A stretch of DNA of 62,453 nt, filler included, from Choristocarpus tenellus KU-1152 (lineage: Eukaryota; Protista; Phaeophyceae), in NCBI GenBank assembly GCA_964200185.2. It is 11 parts of 11 records of this genome, joined end to end, with 100 filler letters (N's around TTAATTAATTAA, not from the genome) between each part and the next. Parts side by side here need not be neighbours in the genome. Positions count along the whole stretch, not along the records: positions 24,338 to 30,755 come from CAXNAD020008183.1; positions 30,856 to 33,967 come from CAXNAD020022246.1; positions 34,068 to 36,725 come from CAXNAD020025892.1; positions 36,826 to 48,023 come from CAXNAD020002457.1; 7 more parts are not named here. One strand, given 5' to 3'. Shown here piece by piece: positions 25,741-36,895 of this stretch. A program made the position numbers and the translations under genes. How positions within the stretch are numbered: position 1 is the first letter of the stretch; every line of letters begins with the position of its first letter. The notes below the pieces were generated by a model that saw nothing but the letters and a program-made list of their open reading frames with translations, was not told the origin of the DNA and did not search any database.

Positions 25741-28189
25741 CTATTCCCTGTTAAATTCCTTTCGCAATTCAAACCAGGGGTCCTTTCCATGTACGACTGT
25801 GCTCTGACCCCTGAGTCGGAACCCACAGGACTCATACATGGGCACGAGATGGGCCTTTGAGATCAGGACTATTCGTTGGATGCCCGGCTGAGTTGTTTCT
25901 ATCTGCTCAACATAGGCCTGCTCTTCAGCATTAGCAGCAACATGTTGACAACAATGACAACAAGGGCATATGCCATAAACAAAGCAGTTGAAGAGGTGAT
26001 GTGAGGAGATAGAAGATGGTGGAGGGAGCCAAAATTGACTTTACAATTCTAAGGGGGGGTGGGGAGGACCATAGGAAATGGAGATCAAGGCGACTTCAGC
26101 TACAGTAGTACAAGCAGGCAGGGCTCAGGCATGGTGGTGGGGACTGAGGGTGAGGGAAAGGTAACCTACAGGGGGAAGGTGTACTACAGCATTGTACAAG
26201 TAGTCTAGTGGGTGGTTAATTGCACAGGGCAAAGGAAGCAGGGTGCTGAAGGTGGTGTGAAGGACAGCACAACCTAGGCGATGCACTAAAAATCAAGACA
26301 AACAGGGGTACAAGGGGGATGTATGTAGGTGTCTTGAGGCACGACTGAGGAAGTCAAATGTACTCGAGAGCATGTACTATAATAGAGGTACAAGAGATTG
26401 GCACAGCATAAAAGGGCATCATCTCAAAAGGGCAGGGCTTGGGGAGGGCTAGGAGCCAAACGACAGGGTATCTACTGGATATTTGAACCAATAATCCTCA
26501 CAGTGGTCTGTGCTACCAATACAGGAAGGCTCTATATGGTTTCGTCCTCTCTCTTCCTTGCATGGGTTCCTCTCTATCAGGTATGCAAAATATCTCTGAA
26601 AAGATCTACTTGATCTCAGTGCAGAGCTGAGTGTACATTGACCATTAATATCCAATCCACCCTTTGTGATTTCGTACCATGTACTCTAGAGTACATTTCT
26701 CAAGTTCACGGTCGTAATGAGTGGTGTATTCCACTTGGAATATGACCTACTCCAGAAGTCAATTTTCACACAGAGACTGAGGAATCTCTACACCAGGGTT
26801 TGCGCCCCACAGAGGCAATCTTAAGGATTTCATACATGGATTACCTATGCTAGGACTAGCAAGTAAGTTCCACCAATCAGTAATCAACAGGTCACCCGAA
26901 ATCTTCTAGAGTGTGCTGACTCTATTCATGGCGCTTATGTCTTGCCAGAACCCTAACCCTAATATAAAAACACGCTACTCATAGCACATTTTTCTAATCT
27001 CTTTCACTCGCCTTGAGGAGTGCAGACGCAATGCCACTACGCCGGTATTGCTGGTCCACCACCACAGAGTGTATGCACAGGGTGGGGCCAGATGGGTCAT
27101 GATCACTCATGGACTCATGCGACAGCTCTGATCCAGGGCAGCATGTACCACAAACAAACCCCACCAACTTACCGCCACTCCCCATATATCCATCACTGCT
27201 ACTAGTCCCCTGCTCTTCATTGTCATTGCCATCCTTGGAGAAAATATCAAAGGGTTACAAGCAATGAATTAGAGGGGAAAGGGGAGTGATGAATTCAGAG
27301 TATGGTATCTTACTTGTCACTTATGGGGCCTTACTTTTGAGGGTGAACTTTACGCAGTAGTTAGACTGGGCCACTTCATATGGTACTTACATGTCATTGG
27401 TTGGGCGGGCGGGCGAGTGAATTGGATGAAGATGCCCATGGGTAGACATACACAACACAGTACTCCCTAACCCACAACCTTAAAAATCTCCTGTTTCGAT
27501 TATGTAAAATATGAACTACTCTTGGGCATAACAGTAGCACTGATTGATATCAACACTGGGACAGCTAATGAGAGTAATAAAAGGCTATACACCCATCTTG
27601 GCACACAACCAAGGAACAGTTCCTGGTATCAAGGGTCTAGGTGTAGCACAGAGTACAGTAGCAACAAATTAAATGTCAGTCAGACCATCCTAACTGTCAC
27701 ATGCAAATAACCCTCATACTATCACCATACTTTGTATGCCAGCATATCCCCTTCAGGGCATGACTGAAAAGATAGTTCTACCACATACAGACATGTGAAG
27801 CAGTAGTAAGTAGAGTTCAATATAACTACTTACAATTTTGCAAAGAGGGCATGGATGCACTTGTCCTGCCATGAATACATGGGAGATGAAATACTGAATA
27901 GAAGAGTATACTAATGTGCACCTCCCCTCTCCTTTTTGTCATCATCTAGATAGTGGTGGCCAAATCACGAAAATCAACTGTCTGATACCCCTCATCCTCC
28001 GCGTGTCCTCTCTCTATACACGAAATAGTTCTGTATCAACACCTGGCACAGCCGTCCCTCAAGGAAGAATGCTCCTGCATTGGCTTGGCGGAAGCGCAGA
28101 TTTTCTGGGCTTGCGGCCTCATCAGGGGGGAAACTAGCAGCTTCCAAGGCTGTCACAGCTTGCAAGTCTGCCTCTACCAGCTCTCGCAC
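25741..28189 (-). CDS. GNAT acetyltransferase of the AANAT/PAA1 (arylalkylamine/polyamine N-acetyltransferase) type; exons 28189..28043, 27233..27012, 25917..25741; 5' exon(s) unresolved
   Basis: VRELVEADLQAVTALEAASFPPDEAASPENLRFR / LVGFVCGT..MSDHDPSGPTLCIHSVVVDQQYRRSGIASALLK / AYVEQI..RIVLISKAHLVPMYESCGF..HGKDPWFELR. Contains FPPxE, IHSV and the RxxGxA acetyl-CoA motif. All junctions are phase 0, and the last intron is GC-AG. Confidence 0.92.
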
Positions 28190-29807
28190 CTGACAATTAT
28201 AAAAATCGACATTTTAAACAAAAGAGTTGGCGTTGAGCTCTCAAATTTGACCTGGGGCTCCTCAGTGCTGGCTCAGGTTGGTCCCATTACTATGAGTTAT
28301 ATCCCCCATCTGTGAGGAGGAACACTTCAGAGGACGAAAATATACAACAGAGATGGTCTAAGGCTGATGTGGTACCTTGAGGTGGAGTTCTTTCGGGGGC
28401 AAATGAGGTCTGGCAGGAAAATTCAACCTTTTCTCAGTCTACTGCAGCAGGCACTCGGTTTAAGCAGACTCATTGCAAATGTCTACATATGTTGGCGCAC
28501 CTTTAGATCCTTGGACTTCAGAAGAGCAGTGGTCTCCGGGCCAAATAAAAGGGCTACCATATCACAAGGGAACAGAAATGCGGAAGACAGTGAGATAACG
28601 GTATTGGCTGGAGGTCAGCAAGAGGACACAGCACACGATCGAGTGTCCTTAAGAATCAACACAGGTCGTACACATGTGGCAATTCACCCTCGCACGCCCT
28701 CTCTTCAAGCCCCACAGTCACCACAAATATCGCTCATGGGCAACCCACGTATTCCTTCGACGTATTTCATCAATTGCCCTCCCACCATTTGCAACTCCCT
28801 CGTCGTGGCTTGCCCAAAATGTCCCAAGCAAACGTCACAACTCTGCTCATGCCTAGGTCAGTCACTCTGACGATATATATAATCATATATGGTTAGGAAC
28901 TCCAGTTCGTCTCTGGGCTAAACAAATGTCCCCAAGATTACCTAGACCTATCATGATGTATCTTCGTGGGAACGTTATCACGAACCTCAACGTTATAAAA
29001 CATTGTCATGCACTCTCGTCAGTGATAGGTAGAACTTGGCATGCACAATCCCTCCAACGGGTCCTCTTTGCGCCTTCCTCACCCCAAGCAACTGCAACGG
29101 GATAAACTGCAATGAATATCAACGAACCAACACCATCCACTCATTGACTGTTTGCTTCAAACTGAAAGCACTCGAAGCAGAATTCGGTCACTCATGACAT
29201 GTGGAGTCGCAAACTGTGGATCTGCAGCCACCCTTGCTCACCAGGACCCCTTGAAAAGGCTGACGAAAACATTCCAGCTGTAATCGACATAATTACAAAA
29301 AGCCAGGAGGTCATGAATCAGCTGTGGTGCTACGTGAGCCTTTCAGGAACTGCGTCCTTCTGCAGCAACCACTGTAGATGATCCAAGAATGATGGAGGAA
29401 GCCAAGTTAGGAAGATTCCTACAGGCAAAATTTTCAAATTAGAGTTTAGGTTAGGTATGATCCAACATGATCCAACACAAATATCTAACATCCTCACTCA
29501 TAAAACAGCACATAACGCTCAAATAATACAACTTAACGTTCTAGCGTTATGCTAAACAAAACCTTTCTGTGGACGTTATAGGGCAAACAGTCACTAGCGT
29601 TGTCGTGGACAACCTTGTTGCTAAGGGAATATGGTCGTTTGACAAACGACGGAAATTGGAGACCACGAGATAGGTCGTCCTTGTATCTCAGTGATTGATG
29701 GACAGATAGATGAATTTCGTGGGTTTGAACTCTTTGACACCAGATTTCTTGTCACGAAAATCTACAGCTTCGATTATCCTCTGTTTGACCAGGTTGCAAG
29801 AACAACT

Positions 29808-30155
29808 ATGGATTGTGAGTCGAACTATCTGTCCCAGCAATCGATCGCTAGATCACAAGAAGAATACGGGAGACCCGAACGAGGTGACAAGGCTTCATTG
29901 CAGATCAATGGCCTGCTGGATCCAGCGCAACAAGAGTTGAGGGAAGAAACGAGTGTTGAACCGTGTGGGTTGACTGAAACCAACCCACAAAATAAAGGAA
30001 AGCACATCGGAAGTGTAACAACTATTAGTACAGTAGTGCCTCATAATAAAAAGGTTATAGTAGCTAGTATTAGAAGCTATACTAATGTTATGTGCAGTGT
30101 CTCTCACCACGGGTCAGGATGGCACTTTCAAACACCACCCATCAGTCATGAGTAG
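29808..30155 (+). CDS. Possible coding exon of an unknown gene divergent from the GNAT gene
   Basis: Hydrophilic open frame MDCESNYLSQQSIARSQEEYGRPERGDK... just after a CAG acceptor-like site. No recognisable domain. Confidence 0.2.
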   Translation: MDCESNYLSQQSIARSQEEYGRPERGDKASLQINGLLDPAQQELREETSVEPCGLTETNPQNKGKHIGSVTTISTVVPHNKKVIVASIRSYTNVMCSVSHHGSGWHFQTPPISHE

Positions 30156-30855
30156 TGCCAATTTCTGACGAGAAACAGAGAAATAAAACGTGGTGAGTAT
30201 CATTATTCTATCAGCACCCGACCCAACCAGTTTCAATCGGAACAAATCTGCTTAAACCTCAAAATCGTCAGCCCGACGAACTTTTTGCTATATTTCATCC
30301 TTGGTCTCGTAGGGGTTCTCCACAATTTGTTGGGATAACCATGGCTTTATAATGTCATACCCAGTTAGTTATACACACCAATCTCGTTTGGAGACCCACA
30401 AACCCTCGTTTCGCAAAAAAAAATGGTTGTCCATGATCTAGTACCTTTCCTTTGCTTCCCAAAAATAGTAGTAGGTAATGCCAGACATGAAGTGGAGACT
30501 ATTTGAAATTATAGTCATGCCACCACCTTTACCCTTCTCTTTTTCCTCCAACAGCGGATCATGATAATGGCGGATGGATCATTTCATGGAGGATGGGTTT
30601 GACCCAAAATGGTGCGCGCAAAGTGCCCATACGTTTTTTTTTGTAAATGTCATAAAACTTTTTAAGGGCCCCTTTTTGAATGGGAATCCATGCCGAAGGT
30701 GGTAGTAGGACATACTTGATAATTACAGTACCTACCCTTATTTTGTGCCAAATATNNNNNNNNNNNNNNNNNNNNNNNNNNNNNNNNNNNNNNNNNNNNT
30801 TAATTAATTAANNNNNNNNNNNNNNNNNNNNNNNNNNNNNNNNNNNNNNNNNNNN

Positions 30856-31023
30856 CTGGGGGGGGGGGGGTGTCTACACCAGGGTGGCCATTTGGACCAA
30901 AATCAGGAAAAGTGTATTTTCATTATCCATTTGACGTATGCAACCAAATAACCCAAAAATTGCGACATGAAAAAATTTACCCTAAAACGGACAGCCGCCA
31001 CCCCCCACCAGATACTTTGAGCC
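30856..31023 (+). mobile_element. MITE family A, left end cut by contig start
   Basis: G-tract-GTCTACACCAGGGTGGCCATTTGG ... CCAGATACTTTGAGCC. Confidence 0.92.
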
Positions 31024-31309
31024 TCAACCACCGTTACAGACGTCGTTCCTCTATACTCAGCACTGGTCATAGTACGTCTGCTGTTACTGATGACCACCTC
31101 CATCGGGACTCCGCCTTTAATCAATTCATCCTAGCCTTGAAAACTCAACACACGTCGACAAAGAACCTGATGTTTCCCAAGACTTGTGTATATACTCCAC
31201 ACCTGGAGTAAATGACTTGATTGATTCCTTATTTGGTTGGACAGGTTGTAGATTAAGTAAGGAAGGAGATTCAAGGAGTGAGCCTTCAAACCCGAAGGGT
31301 GGGAGTCCT

Positions 31310-31489
31310 TGCTCAAAGTATCTGGGGGGAGGGGGGGGTAGCGGCTGTCCATTCAAGGCTCATTTTTGCATGCCACCAGTTTTGGGTGATTTGTCTACAT
31401 GCGACATAAGAATAATGAAAATGCACTTCTCCTGGTCAGTGCCCGAAGGGACACCCTGGTATAGAATCCCCCCACAGATACTTTAAGAC
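31310..31489 (-). mobile_element. MITE family A, diverged full copy; TSD TCCT/TTCT
   Basis: TGCTCAAAGTATCTGGG ... CAGATACTTTAAGAC. Confidence 0.88.
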
Positions 31490-31819
31490 TTCTCACCACC
31501 AAAACAGCCCTATTCTGTGGAACTAGTCACAGGTTATGTGCTGCACATATTACTTGCTACAATGTTTCCTACTCCCGAACTCTTCCATATTCTAGTTCAT
31601 TAAACGATACCTATCTTCTATTCTTCAGAACGAGAACGTGTTTCTCTTCCATCATCTGATTGTTTCCTACAGAATCTACTGTTCACATAAGGAGATGCTT
31701 ATAGTGACGTTGAAGTAACCGTCTAGGAAATGTTTCAGTTTGTGATCTACCGAATTGCGTGAAAGCGTGATAATGGAAAGGCAGCCGTTAAATCGAGAGA
31801 GCAGAGCGACCTAAATCAA

Positions 31820-32024
31820 AGAGGATAGGAGTTTCGTCCTGTTTGCCCGTTCGGGGATTGGCTTCCCACAGGTCTTTATGCACTTCTTCAGTGTTCTGTT
31901 TGAGCACAGTTACCTTAAATGTATGCGACTATGAAAGGTGTGTCCCGAGCAAGGATATTTACAGTTCCCAATAAACACGATCGCCAAAATGGATGCGGCC
32001 TTACCCTCTAAAATGCTTTCACTC
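31820..32024 (+). mobile_element. MITE family B, old internally deleted copy
   Basis: CCTGTTTGCCCGTTCGGGGATTGGCTTCCCACAGG ... TACCCTCTAAAATGCTTTCACTC. Confidence 0.75.
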
Positions 32025-33153
32025 AGAGGGTCGAAGCACAGCTAGGCGGGCGTGTGACCTTGGCCGTAGCTAAGGCTATCGAAGCTGCGTTGGTCCAGCA
32101 AGGAGGGCAGGCTGTGATAGGGTGACTGGTACAAAAGGAGCAGCAGGTACAACAATAACCCCTGCGGAGGAGCTGGGATTGAACGTACAGATTGGAGGTA
32201 CCCGTGTGGAACGGAGAGATTGATGAATAGATTGCATGGAAAACTCTTTTTCGCGCTTTTATAGTGGTGAGCAGGACATCTCGCATGTTAGAGGGGAGCT
32301 AGATCATTTGTAGAAAGGAGCAGATCGAGGGAGCACAGATGATTTGGACACTTTTAATAGGGGGCGGATGGCTCTTCTGAATCAATGCATGGGGATGGCG
32401 TTGGAAATTGTGATGGAGCACGAGACACTAAGAGGTGCAATGGATGTGCCTTGCGCGACTACTTCCAACCGTGTACCTTGGATGAAAGACTAGCAAAGAG
32501 ATTAACCGCAATGCGTCAGAGAATTTCCGATGAGGAAATGAATGTCACCATTCTGGGAGGATTACTAGAAGAGTATGAGCTGGAACATCAAACGTTGCTC
32601 ATGAGGGCAACTACTCTAATAATAAGGACGGAGTTGGAAGAGGGCTTGCGAACCATTTTCTATAGTTGAAAAACGAGATGGCTATGCATCAGGGGAGGAC
32701 AACAGCGGCTTTGACAGTCAGAAGGAAGAATGTGACACTACAGTAGGAGCAGATAAACTCCTACACCTGTGGCAAGAAGGGGCCATACAGTAATCAATGT
32801 CCTTTCAAGCACAAGGAATGTGACATCTGTGGGAAGACGACGCATTGACAGCAACTGCTGTGAACAACAAAGATGTTACGGTCATGGCAACGATGCGAGA
32901 CAAGGGGGCCCAAGAGATCGTGGTTATACTACTGGCGGAGATGCTGGAAATGGTGGGTACAATGATGGTACCGATGGAAGCGAGATCATTCAAGAGTGTG
33001 CTTCGTGTGGTACAATTGTTGGCATGAGAGACGAATCAACGTAGGAAAGGAGCAGTTTGTAGTGGCTGATGAGACCACCTGCGACACGGGAAGACCTACA
33101 GACGCTGAAGAATGGATTTTTGACGCTGGAGCAAGTGGTCACATGACTAATTC

Positions 33154-33186
33154 TTAGGGTTAGATTGGGGTTAGGGTTAGGGTTAG
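33154..33186 (+). repeat. Short (TTAGGG)n tract within the Copia protease region
   Basis: TTAGGGTTAGATTGGGGTTAGGGTTAGGGTTAG immediately after GASGHMTNS. Confidence 0.85.
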
Positions 33187-33477
33187 AGCAATTATCTTAC
33201 TGGTGTACGAGGTTGGACGAAAAGTAGCAGTGGAGACAAGATGGTTATTGGAGGTGAAAAGGAACACAATGTTACTGAATGAGGCTGGATAGAGATGGTT
33301 CTGACATATGCGGAAGAGGAAGCGAGGTACAGTGTGACAATGAAGAAGGTTGCTGTGGTGCCTATATCAGTGTACAACCTGTGTTCAGTTCGATCCATTT
33401 GCAAGACGTCAGGGTGACGCAGTATGGTGAAGTCTGACGTGTTGATAATTGAGGGAAACATTGGCCTGGATGGTCTC

Positions 33478-33735
33478 GAGGCAAAGTATCTTAGAGGGTA
33501 GAGCCGCGTCCATTTGGGGGCCAAAATCCAATGTTTCAATTTTGATGTAATTTTGCCTACGGCGGTTGTTAGGAAGTGTCAATATCCTTGTTCCAGACAC
33601 ACCTTTTCATAACGTATACAGTTTACCTACTCCGAAAAGTTTCTAAGTAGGAAAATGTCGCAAGCAACCCGTGGGAAGCCAAGCCCCAAATGGACAAACA
33701 CGGCAAAACTCGTACCCTCTAAGATACTTTCACTC
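33478..33735 (-). mobile_element. MITE family B, full copy (258 bp), TSD TCTC
   Basis: GAGGCAAAGTATCTTAGAGGGTA ... TACCCTCTAAGATACTTTCACTC. TCTC at 33474-33477 and 33736-33739. Confidence 0.95.
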
Positions 33736-33938
33736 TCTCGTGATACCAGCGGTGAATGGTTTCTACATGGGCTACATGTATCGGGTTCTACCTCGAGAAA
33801 TCTCAACTGGATTAGTGGTCACATCGAAGGTCAGGGTTGATATCAATGAGTTTCACCAAAATCTTGGTGATTCTCATGAAGAGGTGACATGTAAGACTGC
33901 AACAACCAATGGAGTTGACCTCATAGGAACTTGGGAAT

Positions 33939-33967
33939 GACCCAAAGTATCTGGGAGGGGGGGAGGG
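33939..33967 (+). mobile_element. MITE family A left terminus at contig end
   Basis: GACCCAAAGTATCTGGGAGGGGGG, then gap. Confidence 0.85.
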
Positions 33968-34067
33968 NNNNNNNNNNNNNNNNNNNNNNNNNNNNNNNNN
34001 NNNNNNNNNNNTTAATTAATTAANNNNNNNNNNNNNNNNNNNNNNNNNNNNNNNNNNNNNNNNNNNN

Positions 34068-35314
34068 TGCCTCTTCCTTACCCCTGTGTGCTCCACACTG
34101 AAGTCATTCCCCCTTTTGTATCTAAGTACTTGATTGTACACCACAAGAAAGAGCTGCCAAGACCTCTCAAGTGTGGTTTCATCATGCTCCTCATACTGTT
34201 TCTTAATGACCTTCATCATCTCCTCAACGGACCCAAACCGCTCCCCCATCACCCAACATTTCAAAGACCTGAAGAAGCACAGGCCCATGATATTGAAGTC
34301 GGGGGAGTTAGATGGCTGCGTCACAAGCATAATCAACCACCCCTCAGTCTTCCCTGCCCCCGACAAGATTTCTGAGTTGCCCTTGCCCGTGTGGGGGATG
34401 GCACCATCTTGCTGAACAACAACGCGCTTCCCCTGCAACCAAGGCATCCTGGTCTTGATTGCAGGCAGTAACTCCTCCGTGTGCCACTTCTTGCACCACA
34501 AATGGTCTAAAGTACATTCCTGCTCATACACATCCCCTTTTTTATGGTTGTTACTTGTCCTATCTTCCGTTTTGGGCGCATACACACGCCAAACACCAAC
34601 CTTTCCATCAAAGCTGTGAGCCGAATCTGGGCAGGCGTTGCCTGCGATGATCATGGTTTTGGGGATATGACTCTTGTGCTGCACAGTGGAGGACCCTGGA
34701 AGGTCGCTATCATCCTCATGGGGAAATACCCTAACCCTTTCCCGATCAGCCATCACGTAAAACCAGGTTTCATCCACATGGATCGTGTTCGCCATGGAGG
34801 CGTACACACCACATTTCCAGTCCACTTGATCGCAAACAAGGTCCATTCTCCGTACCTTTTGCCACGATTTAAGCTTGGGTTCGATCCAGCGGTGATTCGG
34901 CTCGGCCCCCATATCATCCAACCACCTGTTTATGGTACTTGTGCTATAATTCAGGCCCTTGGCGGCCATCTTCATTGTCACCTGACACACTGTGGATGAC
35001 GGATTATCGGAATTGATACTACGTATTGCAGCCACCTTGGTCGGTGTGAGCTCCAAAGGCTGCCCACTACGTGCCGCCACTCCTAGGTCAAGTGTATGGC
35101 CATGGGCGAGCTGATCGGCGATGTTCTCCCTCAGCTCTTGCATGCAACACTCTGACACTCCAAACTCCTCTGTGAGGTCCGGGCCAATGTGTCGCGGCAG
35201 TTTATGCTCACCAGGGACCATCATGAGGGTGTGCCACACTGCAAGTGCAACCCTGGTATTCAGGGACACTTGGGTGCCCTTCCTATGTGGGGGGGTCGAC
35301 AGTAGGGTTGCCAT
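34068..35314 (-). CDS. Plant-type mariner (DD39D-like) transposase ORF, open to the contig end; third catalytic Asp appears as Gly
   Basis: IHVDETWFY, VQHKSHIPKTM, FDGKVGVW, VVVQQDGAIPH, TQPSNSPDFNIM(G)LCFFRSLK. More than 410 uninterrupted codons. Confidence 0.92.
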
Positions 35315-35427
35315 GCCGAGGTTCTGGTCTCAAAATCACCCCAAAAGACGCCTACTTTGACGGTTTGAAGCACCTCGAGTTTATATCTGATGATCCTCGA
35401 CCCCACCTTTTCTGAAAGCTGAGATTG

Positions 35428-35607
35428 GGCTCAAAGTATCTAGGGGGGGGTGACGGCTGTCCATTCAGGGCCCATTTTTCTATATCTCAAGTTTTGGTCA
35501 ATTTGGTTGCATGTGTCGAATGGATAATGTAGGTGCACTTCTCCTGGTCAGGGTCCGAATGGACACCCTGATATAACCCTCTTTCTCCCTCCCAGATACT
35601 TTGAGCC
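35428..35607 (-). mobile_element. MITE family A, full copy (180 bp), TSD ATTG, nested in the mariner 5' region
   Basis: GGCTCAAAGTATCT ... AGATACTTTGAGCC (perfect 14-bp TIR). ATTG at 35424-35427 and 35608-35611. Confidence 0.95.
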
Positions 35608-35772
35608 ATTGTCAACTCGATTTTATTCTGTGGGGTTATCGTCCAATTTGGCGCCGTTCTCGCTCGATGAGCCCAGATATTTCACGGCACAAACTTATGG
35701 CACAGAAGTAGTAGTACGCGTTTTATTGATTTTTTGTATTGAGTTATATTCTTGTTTAAGTTTAGGTCTAGA

Positions 35773-35822
35773 GTCAGGGTCAGGGTCAGGGTCAGGGTCA
35801 GGGTCAGGGTCAGGGTCAGGGT
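35773..35822 (+). repeat. (GGGTCA)n telomere-variant hexamer tract
   Basis: About eight GTCAGG units. Confidence 0.93.
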
Positions 35823-36513
35823 TGGCGTATATGATCCCCAAGGCTGACAATGAGGCTCAAAGATGTCGCCGCAATGGAAATACCATCAAATATGCTAGAT
35901 CTCGAACTTCGATTATTCACTTTATGATCTGATTGAGATCTGGAGAGAACTGAGAGAGAGAGAGATGACACGGGCAGTGAATGGTCTCGCTATGACTAAA
36001 TAGTAGATATATAGTCAAGAAGCACAACCAATAAAATCTAGGACTTCAAGCTCACAGTGGCGTTCATGAAACAGTCAATGATGTTACAGCGAGCCCCAGA
36101 ACTCACCTCCACAGGATGTACAACTCAAATCCAATGACCTTAAAACGACACTAGTGCCTTTAAAACCAGTTTCTTAGGCGTCAGACAGCCTTCTCTCGGA
36201 TATTCCACTCAGTACATAGCTCAAAACTCGACTCAATGTTTCGTTCAAGACAAAGACTGATGAAGAGGTAAAGGATCATCTCATCCAAACGTCGTTCTCA
36301 TATATTCATCATTTGCCCGACCTCTTCAGACTATAATTCAAAAGACATCTGCAAGGTGTTGTCTGGTCCTCAAATTACAAAACCTTTCTGCAACTTTCAG
36401 GGATTAACGTCTATTCTGTGAGGTAATGTATGCATCTCAAATCTTACTCCGCGTCTCTTATCAATTCAACGTTCCTCTTGTATGAATTCTTACATATGAG
36501 TATTGTTAGCACA

Positions 36514-36656
36514 GGCTCAAAGTATCTGGGAGGGGGTGGTGGCTGTCCATTTGGGGTCGATTTTTTCATCTCACGATTTTTGGGTGATTTGGTTGCATAC
36601 CTCGGATGGATACTGTAAATGCACCTTTCCTGATTTTGATCCAAATGGACACCCTG
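36514..36656 (-). mobile_element. MITE family A, one end missing
   Basis: GGCTCAAAGTATCTGGGAGGGGGTGGTGGCTGTCCATTTGGGGTC ... CCAAATGGACACCCTG. Confidence 0.9.
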
Positions 36657-36825
36657 TTCGTGTACATAAACAGTATAACATACCAGCTGGTCATGAAATC
36701 ATCGTACGTTGCACCACTGATACTANNNNNNNNNNNNNNNNNNNNNNNNNNNNNNNNNNNNNNNNNNNNTTAATTAATTAANNNNNNNNNNNNNNNNNNN
36801 NNNNNNNNNNNNNNNNNNNNNNNNN

Positions 36826-36895
36826 CCAAAAATCGCGACATACAAAAATTGACCCCAAATGGACAGCCGCCACCCCCTCCCAGATACTTTGAGCC
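36826..36895 (+). mobile_element. MITE family A right end at contig start, abutting the bacterial-like DNA
   Basis: GACCCCAAATGGACAGCCGCCACCCCCTCCCAGATACTTTGAGCC. Confidence 0.92.

Larger units (their letters stand above)
32030..33938 (+). mobile_element. Ty1/Copia gag-protease-pre-integrase remnant, interrupted by TTAGGG repeats and MITEs
   Basis: ISDEEMNVTILGGLLEEYE (gag UBN2-like), YTCGKKGH (Zn knuckle), EEWIFDAGASGHMT (protease), DINEFHQNLGDSHE (GAG-pre-integrase). Confidence 0.85.
34068..35711 (-). mobile_element. Mariner element with Stowaway-like 5' TIR and TA target
   Basis: On the minus strand TA|CTACTTCTGTGCCATAAGTTTGTGCCGT ends at 35711. It is homologous to the TIR CTCCCTCTGTCCCATAAGTCTGGGCCGT at 19577. 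Confidence 0.85.
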
